DNA of 59,986 bases, taken from a virus. Its lineage: Duplodnaviria > Caudoviricetes. Both the position numbers and the translations under genes were made by a program. Shown here piece after piece: positions 11,042-21,110 of the stretch. The stretch is taken from the IMG/VR virus record IMGVR_UViG_3300020474_000013, positions 1 through 59,986 of that record. One strand, given 5' to 3'. The notes below the pieces were generated by a model that was not told the origin of the DNA, ran no database searches, and saw nothing but the letters and a program-made list of their open reading frames with translations. Each line of letters begins with the position of its first letter. The first letter of the stretch is position 1.

Positions 11042-11383
11042 TTATCTATCTTCCTCTTTGGTTTCGCAACCAAACATATTAAAACTCATATCTACTGCAC
11101 TTGTATAAACTTTTACGACATCTGTCTGATTTAATGTTATACCTAAAACTATTGATAATGAATCATTTGCTGCTACTGATTTATCATAAAAAAGAAATTG
11201 TTTATCATCTGCACCTGCACCAGCTACATGAACACTTAATCTAAATGTTATTGCAGACCCTGTTCTATTTGCTGCAACTATAGAACTAACTGTTGTTTGT
11301 GTCATATTAGGCACAGTATAAAGTGTAGTTGTTGTTGTTGCTGCAGGGTCAACTTGACCTAATACTTTTAAATTATCAGCCAT
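11042..11383 (-). CDS. Virion structural protein (tail-associated)
   Basis: 113 aa beta-rich protein, resembling 26440..26805. Confidence 0.5.
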   Translation of the reverse strand: MADNLKVLGQVDPAATTTTTLYTVPNMTQTTVSSIVAANRTGSAITFRLSVHVAGAGADDKQFLFYDKSVAANDSLSIVLGITLNQTDVVKVYTSAVDMSFNMFGCETKEEDR

Positions 11384-11579
11384 GTTTCATTCCCATTAAT
11401 AAAAATTGATGTCTTTTTAGTCCTTTACTTACTACGACACTTTGTAATTTTTGTAGTTTGTCTAATTCTATAGCTAAATCTTGTATTGCTTGTTCCATTA
11501 TTCTTCTTGTAACTGCCTCATCTGCGGAACTATATTCTTGCTGTGCTAAAGGTAATGCTATTGATTTAGGATTTGCCAT
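11376..11579 (-). CDS. Hypothetical small virion protein
   Basis: 67 aa, translationally coupled to both neighbours. Confidence 0.5.
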   Translation of the reverse strand: MANPKSIALPLAQQEYSSADEAVTRRIMEQAIQDLAIELDKLQKLQSVVVSKGLKRHQFLLMGMKHG

Positions 11580-13429
11580 TATCTTTTACCATCTGGTCTT
11601 ATATCTAATCTTAAATCACCAAGTCTCCAACCATAATCATTTGATGAATTAGATACTCTAATAGCACATTGTCTACTTCTAGCTCTTGTATTAGTAAATG
11701 TTGAAGCTGGTGTAACTGATACAGTAGATAAAGTAGATAAATCTTCTAATGGATAATTTCTACCTTTAATTGTAATAGTTACATCATCAGATGTAGATTT
11801 TTGGTCTCTAAATTGTATATCAGGTATTATTTTATTTACTGCTATAAATTTTTCACCATCAGGGTCTAAGTCAAAATCACTTGATTCTATATATGCAGTA
11901 AAGTTACTACCATCATTACCATGTCCTACTTCATGTGAGAACAAATAGTTATTATTATTTGTACTACTATTTTTACTAGCTGCTATAGGATTATCTAATA
12001 TATAAGCTTCATCCCATGCAGTTCTAACAAAATCATCTGTTGTAGTGCCTATAGACCAAACTTGTTCTAAATAATTATACATTACATATTTATCTACTTC
12101 TAAACTATCTCCTGATGGGTAGAACCATATAATTTCATTAGCAATACTATTAACTGCACCAAACACTTTAAATGCTTGACCTTGATTTAAATCACTTAAT
12201 ACATAATCTAATACAGTACATGGTAATCTTTGAGCACTACCTGCATATGTATAGAACCCACCATTATCCATAAAATAAACTTGGTTATTAGCATTAACTG
12301 CTGCATTAGGAGATATTAAAGATGGACCATTAGCAACTTCATTAAATGAAAATACAAATGGTGCTCCTACAAATCTCATAGAAACCATGCCTACATCAGT
12401 CCATATAAGTATTTCTTGTCTTGTTCTTAAAGCTGCTATTATTGTAGAACCCATTGATAATTGTACTCCACCAGCTTGATTGGTTGCTGTTGGTGTCCAG
12501 TCAGTAATACTTTCTGTATCTGAAAATCTTACCAGTAAAGGGTTTAAAGTAGAAGAACCTATAGGATTACATCCAAATGCTATAACATGCTTGTCTACAT
12601 CTGAAAGCATAATTTGAAATGTTTTTGTTGGCACATCACTAGCACCACTCAAACTTGTAACATTTACTGCTCTGTTATCAGTTCCAGATGATTCATCCCA
12701 ATAATAAATACCATCAGACCTAGGATTTAATAAAGTATCATCACCAAAATTATCTATTGACCATAATCTTAATTGATTACTTGATTCTAAATTACTTGTA
12801 GAACCCCATGTTCCTGTATTCCATGTACCTGCACCCCAACCCGTAGATTGCACATATATATCTAATCCAGAATTAATTTGATAAACGCCATCAACACCAG
12901 AACCACCATTACCAGTATCACTAGAATTAGCTGTTGCTGTAGCTGTAAATGTATATGTATTATCAGTAGGTACTGAATCTATTTGATATTCTTTATTTAA
13001 AACTGTAGCTGTTATATTTCCACCTAAACTTACAGCTTGACTAAATGTAACAAAATCTCCTGTAACTGCTCCATGAGAAGCATCAGTTGCTGTTATAGTA
13101 GTGCTACCATTAGTAGCAGAAAAAGTAATAGCATTAGTCGCTGTTTCTCGTATGGGGGTAATATCATTATAATTTCCTCCTTCTAACACATAAAATTTTT
13201 GATGTGTTCCTAAAGTAATATAATCTGTACCTACAGAAGATTTATATGGATATATTTTTCTACAAGTTCCTATAAAACTATTTGTACTTTGTTTTTCCCA
13301 TCCACCTATTCTTTCAGGTCTACCTTTTCTAAATCTAACTTTATCTGCATCAAACCAGCCGCCTTCGTTACTATAATTAGTACCTTCTTTATTTATACCT
13401 GGTCTAAATACATATTTGGCTAATGTCAT
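11579..13429 (-). CDS. Tail nozzle / packaged-DNA stabilization protein (P22 gp10 / tail tubular B-like)
   Basis: 616 aa; RPGINKE...GGWFDADKVRFR N-terminus and WRLGDLRLDIRPDGKR C-terminus typical of the family. Confidence 0.7.
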   Translation of the reverse strand: MTLAKYVFRPGINKEGTNYSNEGGWFDADKVRFRKGRPERIGGWEKQSTNSFIGTCRKIYPYKSSVGTDYITLGTHQKFYVLEGGNYNDITPIRETATNAITFSATNGSTTITATDASHGAVTGDFVTFSQAVSLGGNITATVLNKEYQIDSVPTDNTYTFTATATANSSDTGNGGSGVDGVYQINSGLDIYVQSTGWGAGTWNTGTWGSTSNLESSNQLRLWSIDNFGDDTLLNPRSDGIYYWDESSGTDNRAVNVTSLSGASDVPTKTFQIMLSDVDKHVIAFGCNPIGSSTLNPLLVRFSDTESITDWTPTATNQAGGVQLSMGSTIIAALRTRQEILIWTDVGMVSMRFVGAPFVFSFNEVANGPSLISPNAAVNANNQVYFMDNGGFYTYAGSAQRLPCTVLDYVLSDLNQGQAFKVFGAVNSIANEIIWFYPSGDSLEVDKYVMYNYLEQVWSIGTTTDDFVRTAWDEAYILDNPIAASKNSSTNNNNYLFSHEVGHGNDGSNFTAYIESSDFDLDPDGEKFIAVNKIIPDIQFRDQKSTSDDVTITIKGRNYPLEDLSTLSTVSVTPASTFTNTRARSRQCAIRVSNSSNDYGWRLGDLRLDIRPDGKR

Positions 13430-13431
13430 AT

Positions 13432-13875
13432 TTAAACCTCATGCCATTCTTTGCCTTCAAATAATAAGGCTTCTGCTTCTCTTCTTCGTACTAAACCCTG
13501 TTTTACTTGACCACCAGCTTTATTCCATCTTTTAATTTGATTTGGCACATCATCCCAATCTTTGTTATTTAATTTTTGCAAAAGTGTACTGCTAGAAAGG
13601 TTTGATGGACCTAAATTAAATACCCATGATACAAGTGAGTCAAATTCATTTTGTTTTAAATCAGATTTTACCATGTTATTTATATAACTCTCATACTCAT
13701 CCATTTCATGTAACAATAAACTATCTGCTTCTTCTTGTGTAATAGTATCGCCTTCTTTAACACCTTTAGTTGAGCCATATCCTATTGTTAAAACATTAGC
13801 TGCACAACGATAAGCTTCAAGTTCACAACCCTCAAACTTTTTAATTAAGGATAAACCTTCTTGTGATATTTTCAT
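13432..13875 (-). CDS. Endolysin, GH24 phage lysozyme
   Basis: IKKFEGCELEAYRC...TIGYG and GLVRRREAEALLF motifs; start moved to MKISQEG. Confidence 0.93.
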   Translation of the reverse strand: MKISQEGLSLIKKFEGCELEAYRCAANVLTIGYGSTKGVKEGDTITQEEADSLLLHEMDEYESYINNMVKSDLKQNEFDSLVSWVFNLGPSNLSSSTLLQKLNNKDWDDVPNQIKRWNKAGGQVKQGLVRRREAEALLFEGKEWHEV

Positions 13876-13876
13876 A

Positions 13877-14260
13877 TTACTGCTCCTTTTTTGTTGTAGT
13901 AACTGTCCTATAATACACAACAACTTCTTTAAGTTCATTTATATACCTTTTAAGTTCTTGCATATTGTAAGCCATTACCTCGTAATCAGGTATTGTCATA
14001 GCTAAAAATACAAGTTCACCTTCTTGTTTTTCTATTCTTGCAAGTTGTTCTTCCCAGTTTTCAGAAGTAACAACAATCCACATAGGTTCCTTTAAATCTA
14101 TTTCTCTAGGCATAATAGGTTGAACTATTGTTCTATCTAGTGGTTTTGCTGTAACTTGTATTTCTTTAGTTGGAATTAGGCTGCAACTGCAAACCATCAT
14201 CAAGGTCGTCAACAACATTGCTGATTTCTTCGATTTCTTCCATAATGTGTTTTGTACCAT
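13877..14260 (-). CDS. Putative o-spanin (lipoprotein)
   Basis: Hydrophobic stretch with lipobox-like VCSC, Pro-rich region, overlaps the upstream membrane coiled-coil gene, adjacent to the endolysin. Confidence 0.6.
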   Translation of the reverse strand: MVQNTLWKKSKKSAMLLTTLMMVCSCSLIPTKEIQVTAKPLDRTIVQPIMPREIDLKEPMWIVVTSENWEEQLARIEKQEGELVFLAMTIPDYEVMAYNMQELKRYINELKEVVVYYRTVTTTKKEQ

Positions 14261-14561
14261 TATTTATTTTCCTTTCCATTTCTACTGGGTCTGCAAGTAT
14301 TTTTGCAGACAACTCATAGTCTTTTATAAACTGTGTGTATCTATTTAGTTCTCTTTGTGCTGCTTGACTTTTAATTACAAGGTCATTTAACTGTCCTGTT
14401 TGTAATTCAAAATCATTTTGTAAGTTTGTGATTGCTTCTTCTTGTGTGGCTATAGCACCTTCTAAAGCTATGTTATTAGCTTTTAAAGTTATGTTTTCGT
14501 TATATAGCCAATAACTACCAAAACCTAAAATTAAAATTATGCCTATTAATACTTGTTGCAC
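14166..14561 (-). CDS. Putative i-spanin
   Basis: One N-terminal TM helix followed by a long coiled coil. Confidence 0.6.
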   Translation of the reverse strand: MQQVLIGIILILGFGSYWLYNENITLKANNIALEGAIATQEEAITNLQNDFELQTGQLNDLVIKSQAAQRELNRYTQFIKDYELSAKILADPVEMERKINNGTKHIMEEIEEISNVVDDLDDGLQLQPNSN

Positions 14562-14785
14562 TAAATATCCTCAATAATGTAATTTAAGCCTGATGCACTT
14601 CTATATTCTATAAGTCTGTTATCGTCATCACGAAATTTAAGGTGTTTTTCTTTTTGCACTAGAATTTTTTTTGATATGTAAGTTTTATCATCTAAATCAC
14701 CATATTCTTTATTAAAAGATACAGTTATTTTATACCTTGTTACAAATAAACTAATAATCCAATTAATTATTTGTTTTAATTCCAT
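14561..14785 (-). CDS. Hypothetical protein
   Basis: 74 aa, coupled to neighbours. Confidence 0.55.
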   Translation of the reverse strand: MELKQIINWIISLFVTRYKITVSFNKEYGDLDDKTYISKKILVQKEKHLKFRDDDNRLIEYRSASGLNYIIEDI

Positions 14786-16542
14786 GTATACACCTGTAAC
14801 TTTTCTTTTTTACCTTTAGCTTCTATTGGTTCTAAAGGTATTAAATCAAATTCTAATGCATTTTGTGTGCTTTCGCCAATTAGTAAGTTTACACCAGCTT
14901 GTTTTGTACCTGACTCTAATCTAGCTGCAATATTTACTGCATCACCTATTGCTGTGTAATCAAACCTTGTTTCACTACCCATATTACCAATAACTGCATA
15001 ACCTGTATTAATACCTATGCCAATTTGAACTGCAGCAATTCCTTTGTTAATAAGAACATAGTTAAGTTCTATCATATTTTTTTGTATATCCATTGCACAT
15101 AATAATGCTTTTTCTTCATGTTTTTCTAAATCTAATGGTGCATTAAATATAGCCATCATTGCATCGCCAATATATTTATCTACCATACCGCCATGTTTTT
15201 GAACTGCATTAACTTGTGCTGTAAGTGCTTTATTCATAATATATGTAACATCTTCAGGTTCTAATGTTTCTGATAGTGCAGTAAAACCACGAACATCTGT
15301 AAATAAAAATGTGCAGTATCTTCTTTCACCACCTAATACTAATGAATCTGGATTATCTTGTAATTTTTTAACTTGCCTTGGGTCAAGATAATGTTCAAAT
15401 TGTTTTTTAATTTGTTGTCTTAATTTGTATTGTTCTCTAAATCTTAAATAAAAACCTATTGATGCTGTTATAAACTGTGAAATTAATGTCCAACTTACAT
15501 CTATTAGTATTCCACGCTGTATTAAATAGTGTCCGATAAATATTGTTAAAAAGAATAATAGACTGGTAAATGTTATTCCTAGCGTCATTCCAAAAATATT
15601 TACACATAACCAGACAAAAGTTACTGTTATCACTAAAATTAATAGTTCAACAGCTAAATGCCAATCAGGTATATAAGGACTATCTTGTATAAGTATTGAT
15701 TCTGCTAGTGCTGCTTGTATTTTATGTGGTTCTAATAAACCAACAGGAGTTGCAACTTGTGGCATTACTCCATTAGCCGTAACTCCAATAAATACAAATT
15801 TACCATTTACATCCATTTCTTTTAAATTAGTTTGTTCTGTATCTATCCAACTAATCCATTTGCGACCAAGGCTATCTGTTTTAACTGGTGGTATTCCTCT
15901 GATTGATATTTCTTCTATACCATTATCATTAGTTTTTATAATGTAAGTTTTTACACCAAACAAAGCTTTATATATTTGTGTACCAAAACTAGGAATCCAA
16001 TTATTATTAGGTGTTTTTACTAAAAGAGGTATTCTTCTTACAAGTTGGTCAACTTCGGTGGGAGCAATAGCTAAACCAGATAGCGTATTATTTGCTAAAA
16101 GAGGATGGTTTTGTTTCACTCCCAAAGATACTATACCACCATTATCTTCACCTTTCACTACAGTTCCTGTTGGCTTAGGATAATTACCTTTACCATCTTC
16201 AAACATAGCTATAACAGAAGGTGCATATCCTAAAGACCTTCCAAAATCTTCATCTCCACCCATTCTGTCTGCTTGTGGAAAAGATATAACCCAACCAACT
16301 CCTAAAGCACCTTTACCAATAATTTCCATTTGTATATCAGCTAATCTTTTTCTAGGTAATGGATAGCCACCTTCACGCTCTACATCTTCTTCTGTTATGT
16401 TTAATATAACAAAATTACCTGATGGTTCTGGTGTTTTTATAAATGAATCAAATACTTTTAGTTTTAATATTTCTGTAGGTGTTGACTGATATATTAATGG
16501 CAGTAAAAGTATTGTAAGTATCGGTAATATTAATTTTTTCAT
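14776..16542 (-). CDS. CHASE2-domain class III adenylate cyclase
   Basis: CHASE2 region, three TM helices, FTDVRGFT, VDKYIGDAMMA (Lys indicates adenine specificity), YTAIGDAVNIAARLES. Confidence 0.92.
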   Translation of the reverse strand: MKKLILPILTILLLPLIYQSTPTEILKLKVFDSFIKTPEPSGNFVILNITEEDVEREGGYPLPRKRLADIQMEIIGKGALGVGWVISFPQADRMGGDEDFGRSLGYAPSVIAMFEDGKGNYPKPTGTVVKGEDNGGIVSLGVKQNHPLLANNTLSGLAIAPTEVDQLVRRIPLLVKTPNNNWIPSFGTQIYKALFGVKTYIIKTNDNGIEEISIRGIPPVKTDSLGRKWISWIDTEQTNLKEMDVNGKFVFIGVTANGVMPQVATPVGLLEPHKIQAALAESILIQDSPYIPDWHLAVELLILVITVTFVWLCVNIFGMTLGITFTSLLFFLTIFIGHYLIQRGILIDVSWTLISQFITASIGFYLRFREQYKLRQQIKKQFEHYLDPRQVKKLQDNPDSLVLGGERRYCTFLFTDVRGFTALSETLEPEDVTYIMNKALTAQVNAVQKHGGMVDKYIGDAMMAIFNAPLDLEKHEEKALLCAMDIQKNMIELNYVLINKGIAAVQIGIGINTGYAVIGNMGSETRFDYTAIGDAVNIAARLESGTKQAGVNLLIGESTQNALEFDLIPLEPIEAKGKKEKLQVYTWN

Positions 16543-17660
16543 TAATCACTTTGAGTTATTGTTATTGTAGAATCACTACCACCATTAACTTTTATTATGT
16601 TAGAAATGCCATCTTGTATAAATATTACTGTGTAAGCATTATTTCCATCTAAATCTAACTGTACGCTTTCGCTAACACTTCTTCTTAAACTAACAACTTG
16701 TCCTGTAATTATAGTTGTTATTTGTGTATCTGGGTCTTTACCTAATAATGTTCCTGATATTTGTGTGCTTGTAGCTTGTGCTAATTGTTCTTCTTCTTCA
16801 GCTATAGCTAATCCATCTAAAACATTTAATAAATCTTCTAAGTAATTTACATCAAGATAATTTATGTCTAGTTCTGTAAATTGTAAGTTATCTTCCTTTA
16901 AATAATCCTCTGCAAGATAATCTATATCTAAATCATTAAAATCAAGTACGCTATCTGTTTGTGTGCTTGTAGTTTCTTCTTGTATTACTACCTCTTCTTT
17001 AGGAGGCGTAACAATTAACATATTGTCTATTACATCTAATGTTAAATCTAATATAACTGGTTTGCTTGGTGCTGATTCAAATACACTTACTGTAGTTGCT
17101 TCGTAAGGTTTGTTAAGTAAAACTGTTCCCATAGCAGTAACTACTTCTATTTCGCCACTAGAGAGCCCTAGAGAGTCTGGTAGCAGTATTATAAGGCTAC
17201 GACCTAATTCATCTACTGTAGCCGTAAAATCAGTACCACGAATAGCTATATTAGCTGTAGGTGTTTTAAGAGATATGTTTTGTTTATCTATACGATTTAA
17301 ATTGCCTGTAATAAATCTTGCTGTACCAATACCAAAGGTAAGAGCCATTTTTGCTTTGCTTGGGTCAGGGTCATAAATGTACTCATCTATTAATAGTTGT
17401 GAGTGTTCAGTAAGCTTTACAATAGAATCATCAAGAAATGTAATAGCCATTCTTCCATTAGTAGTAATAGCTTCATCATTACTTTGTATAGAAAATTTTA
17501 ATTCGGCATCTAATGGTTTATCTCTTACTATTTGTGCTGAACCATTTAGTTCAGATATATCTCCAATATTAACAGCTTGTGCTTGTACCTTGGTCGTTTT
17601 GGATAACGCAAACAGTAGAAGCAGCATTGCCACCGATTGATATAATTTTAAGCCAGTCAT
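16542..17660 (-). CDS. FecR-domain protein
   Basis: Signal peptide; KTPTANIAIRGTDF motif characteristic of FecR. Confidence 0.85.
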   Translation of the reverse strand: MTGLKLYQSVAMLLLLFALSKTTKVQAQAVNIGDISELNGSAQIVRDKPLDAELKFSIQSNDEAITTNGRMAITFLDDSIVKLTEHSQLLIDEYIYDPDPSKAKMALTFGIGTARFITGNLNRIDKQNISLKTPTANIAIRGTDFTATVDELGRSLIILLPDSLGLSSGEIEVVTAMGTVLLNKPYEATTVSVFESAPSKPVILDLTLDVIDNMLIVTPPKEEVVIQEETTSTQTDSVLDFNDLDIDYLAEDYLKEDNLQFTELDINYLDVNYLEDLLNVLDGLAIAEEEEQLAQATSTQISGTLLGKDPDTQITTIITGQVVSLRRSVSESVQLDLDGNNAYTVIFIQDGISNIIKVNGGSDSTITITQSD

Positions 17661-18300
17661 TATCTTGGGTACTCAGTTGTTGTATGTTAAAAGTTCTTTG
17701 ACCGCCTGTATGGTCTAGCCAAAAATATCCACCTGCTGAAGCATTAACACCAGTACCTGTATAATTTACTGTATTATCAGAACCATCTATATCCATATAG
17801 TTTGTAGCACCATCAATATTTATATTTGATGTTACTGTGTTGCTAGAACCTTGAATAATCCAATCTAAATTTAAATTTGCTGCTATTGCTGTAGTACCTT
17901 GATTTAAGGTAAATGTATTACTACTACCTGTAACTGCTATATTTTGGTCAGAACCTGCAGAACTATATGTATTAGTTGGGTCTACTTGTATCGTAAAAGT
18001 ATTTGTATCTCCAGTAAAATTATATAGCCCTGTAAAAGTAGTAGCGTTTATATCACCTAAAAATTTATTGGTATTACCAATCATATTAATATCAAGTGTC
18101 ATAGTAGCACCATCTAAATCAAAAGCATTTAAAGACCCCGCAGTAGAATTTAAACCACCAATAATATTAGATATACCTAGTTGTTCTAGGTCTATATTTG
18201 CACCAGTACCTGACTGGTCTACATAAATTTCGTTATCAGCCGCGTAAATTGTTGATGCACTCAGCATCACAATCAGGCTCATTAATTTCAATTTCTTCAT
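17569..18300 (-). CDS. Curlin-like secreted repeat protein
   Basis: Signal peptide; NEIYVDQSG and recurring G-S/D-S/T-N-T-F/V...Q beta-solenoid repeats; follows csgG. Confidence 0.65.
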   Translation of the reverse strand: MKKLKLMSLIVMLSASTIYAADNEIYVDQSGTGANIDLEQLGISNIIGGLNSTAGSLNAFDLDGATMTLDINMIGNTNKFLGDINATTFTGLYNFTGDTNTFTIQVDPTNTYSSAGSDQNIAVTGSSNTFTLNQGTTAIAANLNLDWIIQGSSNTVTSNINIDGATNYMDIDGSDNTVNYTGTGVNASAGGYFWLDHTGGQRTFNIQQLSTQDNDWLKIISIGGNAASTVCVIQNDQGTSTSC

Positions 18301-19108
18301 ATTTCCAAAAACTCCTGTCATAACCGACATTAATTATTTCTAATACAGCACTTTCAATAGCTTTTGTTAATGCTATTGTTGTTGATTCATTCCTGGAATT
18401 ACCCATTTCTATCTCAACAAGTTCTGTTCCTGCTTCTATAAAACGAAATACATCTTCTGATTTACCATAACTAAATATAGTTTTTTCAGTCATTACTTCT
18501 ATTAGTATCTCACCTGTGGCTACTGATACCATTCTTAAAGTTGTTGTTACACTATCTTCTCTATACTGAGCACTAGAACCAATACCTAAATATCTAGCTC
18601 CTATACCACCTGTATTTAGATTAGTTTCATAAGCTATAACAGCACCTTCAATTAAAACTCCTGCAAATAATAAAGGTCTAAGTGCTTTCTTTTTTTCTTC
18701 ATCTGATAAAGTTTGTTCTCTAGCAGACCTTATTAATTGTCTTTCTTTTGTTAAATTATCTAAACCTACTCTTTCAACTACTGTAAAGAAATCACCATTA
18801 CCTGCGTGTTTAAGAGCTCTTATAAGTAAAGCATTAGGCTGTTGTGTTATTGCTGTACTAAATAAAGCAAACTCGCTGTTACTTTTACGCTGACCTGTTT
18901 GGTCAGTAAAAGCTGTAGGATATACAGCAACTACAGGTTTAATTATTGGTTTTTTTACATTAGCTAATTCTTTAGATTGTAGCTCAGATATTTTTACAAT
19001 ATTATTTTTTTTTAATCTTTGTTCGTATGTATCTTCTAGCTGATGTGTAATAGAGCAACTAGAACAAAAAAGTACCAATAGGTATAGAAATTTCAGTAAT
19101 TGTTCCAT
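18236..19108 (-). CDS. csgG: Curli secretion channel CsgG-like lipoprotein
   Basis: Lipobox; F-DQTGQRK, FTVVERVGLDNLTKERQLIR and GGIGARYLGIG motifs. Confidence 0.9.
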   Translation of the reverse strand: MEQLLKFLYLLVLFCSSCSITHQLEDTYEQRLKKNNIVKISELQSKELANVKKPIIKPVVAVYPTAFTDQTGQRKSNSEFALFSTAITQQPNALLIRALKHAGNGDFFTVVERVGLDNLTKERQLIRSAREQTLSDEEKKKALRPLLFAGVLIEGAVIAYETNLNTGGIGARYLGIGSSAQYREDSVTTTLRMVSVATGEILIEVMTEKTIFSYGKSEDVFRFIEAGTELVEIEMGNSRNESTTIALTKAIESAVLEIINVGYDRSFWKYEEIEINEPDCDAECINNLRG

Positions 19109-19571
19109 CGGCTTCCGTTATTTTAAGTGTTAATGTTACACCATCACTTGTATATTCAATGGTGTTTCCTTCTAAAGTTATTGTTCCTGAATCAGATGGT
19201 GTTTCTCCAAAAAGATTATTTACTAATTGCCTTGATAACTCTGCATAGACTCTTGATTCTAAGTTACGCATAAACCTTGCAAGTGTAGAGTTTTCTTTTT
19301 CTCTTTCTATTTCTTCTTGTAAAGCTTTTATTTCTTCTTTAATTGTTAGCTTACGACTAAACTCTTGATTTTCTATAGTTAAATAATGAGAAGATGTACC
19401 TACACCATTAAAGCTAGGGGATTTAAATTTAAAAGTTATAGTATCTGCTTTTACATTAGTACCAATAATACCTAAAAATAATACAAAACCTATAAAAACT
19501 AAAATTACTATAAGTCTATATTTTTCTAGTTCTAGTGCTTCTATTTGTTTTTTTGTTATTTTTCTGTTCAT
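19059..19571 (-). CDS. csgF: Curli assembly factor CsgF-like
   Basis: FKFKSPSFNG N-terminal motif, F..NLESR....LSRQL, immediately upstream of csgG. Confidence 0.8.
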   Translation of the reverse strand: MNRKITKKQIEALELEKYRLIVILVFIGFVLFLGIIGTNVKADTITFKFKSPSFNGVGTSSHYLTIENQEFSRKLTIKEEIKALQEEIEREKENSTLARFMRNLESRVYAELSRQLVNNLFGETPSDSGTITLEGNTIEYTSDGVTLTLKITEADGTITEISIPIGTFLF

Positions 19572-19809
19572 CTAATGCCTCTTGTTCTTTAAGTTCTAAA
19601 ACAGTATTTACTTTTTCTTGTAAACGAATCATATCTTGGTCTAATAAACGAAGTTGGTCTGTTAGTCTTATAATTGTTTTTTTCATTTCTGATACAGCAG
19701 GGTCTATAATATTTGTAATTGTTTGCCATACAAAATAAACAAAATATCCTAGTCCTACTACCATAATTGTTGTAAAACCAAACTTTTCTACTAAAACAAC
19801 TATATCCAT
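19516..19809 (-). CDS. Single-TM coiled-coil membrane protein (holin-like candidate)
   Basis: EKFGF followed by a TM helix and heptad repeats. Confidence 0.5.
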   Translation of the reverse strand: MDIVVLVEKFGFTTIMVVGLGYFVYFVWQTITNIIDPAVSEMKKTIIRLTDQLRLLDQDMIRLQEKVNTVLELKEQEALDEQKNNKKTNRSTRTRKI

Positions 19810-20102
19810 TAATCTCTTCTAGCGTCTATTTTTCCATCTTCTACAAAATTTTCTGCTCTTGCTATTCTATCTAAATCTGGTTTTAAATTAAGAGCACTTG
19901 ATACTGATGTATCTATTCTAATTATATCGTTATTCATTATTGATGCTCTTGTAATAAGCATTTTAGTAATGCCTTGTATTCCTTTTATATCGCTTACAAG
20001 ATTACCCATAAGTTGTTTCATAATAAGAAATATAAAATAACCCATAACTAAACCACCAGCTATAGGTAAGCCGACCTTTTCTATAAGGTCAAATGCTTCC
20101 AT
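19809..20102 (-). CDS. Single-TM membrane protein (holin-like candidate)
   Basis: EKVGLPI followed by a TM helix; paralog-like to its neighbour. Confidence 0.5.
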   Translation of the reverse strand: MEAFDLIEKVGLPIAGGLVMGYFIFLIMKQLMGNLVSDIKGIQGITKMLITRASIMNNDIIRIDTSVSSALNLKPDLDRIARAENFVEDGKIDARRD

Positions 20103-20494
20103 TAATCTTTACTAGCTTCGCCTTTAAATGATTTGCTTGAACCTGATGTTCCTGCGTATAAACCAAACCAAGCAGCACCTGCACCTACAACAATAGATAT
20201 AAGACCTGATTGTTCAAAACTTGGTGATTCTAATGCCATAAACCAAAATGTCGTGTAGTAAAGTAAATACATATAAACACTTAAAAACATTCTTGGAAAT
20301 ATTCTCCAAGAGTCTACAGCTTGTGCTAGATGTATAACTTTTTGCCATGGATTAACATTAGTTGTATCTTCTAAATCTCTTATCTTATCTTTTAATTCTG
20401 ATATTTCTTGAATCATAGCCATGAACTTATTTAAGTCCATTTCTACTTCATTTCTATCCATATCTCCACCAAATCTACCTTGTCCGTCATTCAT
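20102..20494 (-). CDS. Two-TM membrane protein (holin candidate)
   Basis: DSWRIFPR followed by two TM helices. Confidence 0.5.
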   Translation of the reverse strand: MNDGQGRFGGDMDRNEVEMDLNKFMAMIQEISELKDKIRDLEDTTNVNPWQKVIHLAQAVDSWRIFPRMFLSVYMYLLYYTTFWFMALESPSFEQSGLISIVVGAGAAWFGLYAGTSGSSKSFKGEASKD

Positions 20495-20874
20495 TAGTAA
20501 TCACCCCATATTTTAGTTTTTTTACCACCTTCATAAGTAACAGCATGACCCTCATCAATAAGCATTTGACAAATATCTTGACCATCTTGTGTATAAGGTA
20601 TTCCTAATATACGACCATATTTACCTTTACCTAAAGACTTAACTTTTAGATTACCTACACAAAGTTCTTTTAATCTTTCTTTAGCAGCAAGACCTAGTTT
20701 TTTTTCAGCTAAGTCTCTAGTACGACTTTCAGGAGTATCAATACCAGCAAGTCTTACACGCTGTTTATGTAGTTTTACATCAAATCCTAAATCAAGACAA
20801 CAATCAAATGTATCTCCATCTACTATTCTTTCTAGTGTAGCGTTATATACAAACGCATCTGGTGCATTAGACAT
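20494..20874 (-). CDS. Thermonuclease (SNase-like)
   Basis: IVDGDT, VRLAGIDTPES and GKYGRILG motifs. Confidence 0.9.
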   Translation of the reverse strand: MSNAPDAFVYNATLERIVDGDTFDCCLDLGFDVKLHKQRVRLAGIDTPESRTRDLAEKKLGLAAKERLKELCVGNLKVKSLGKGKYGRILGIPYTQDGQDICQMLIDEGHAVTYEGGKKTKIWGDY

Positions 20875-21110
20875 TATCTATAACTCCTTGTTTTTTTAGC
20901 TATTTTTTTTGGTTGTTTAACAAATTGTTTACCAGCTCTATTACCTTTAGCTTTTGCTCTATTAGTTGCAGCTTTTTCACTTTTTGTTAAAGATTTCCAT
21001 GCTTTATCAGGTAAATATCTTCTTTTGCCTTTACTTGGTTTACCGCTTGAAGTACGCCACTTTTGTTTACCCCAATCTTTTAATGACCTTTGAGATTTTT
21101 TTAATGGCAT
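20874..21110 (-). CDS. Small basic protein, DUF5872-like C-terminal half
   Basis: QRSLKDWGKQKWRT...RYLPDKAW...GKQFVKQP. Confidence 0.6.
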   Translation of the reverse strand: MPLKKSQRSLKDWGKQKWRTSSGKPSKGKRRYLPDKAWKSLTKSEKAATNRAKAKGNRAGKQFVKQPKKIAKKTRSYR

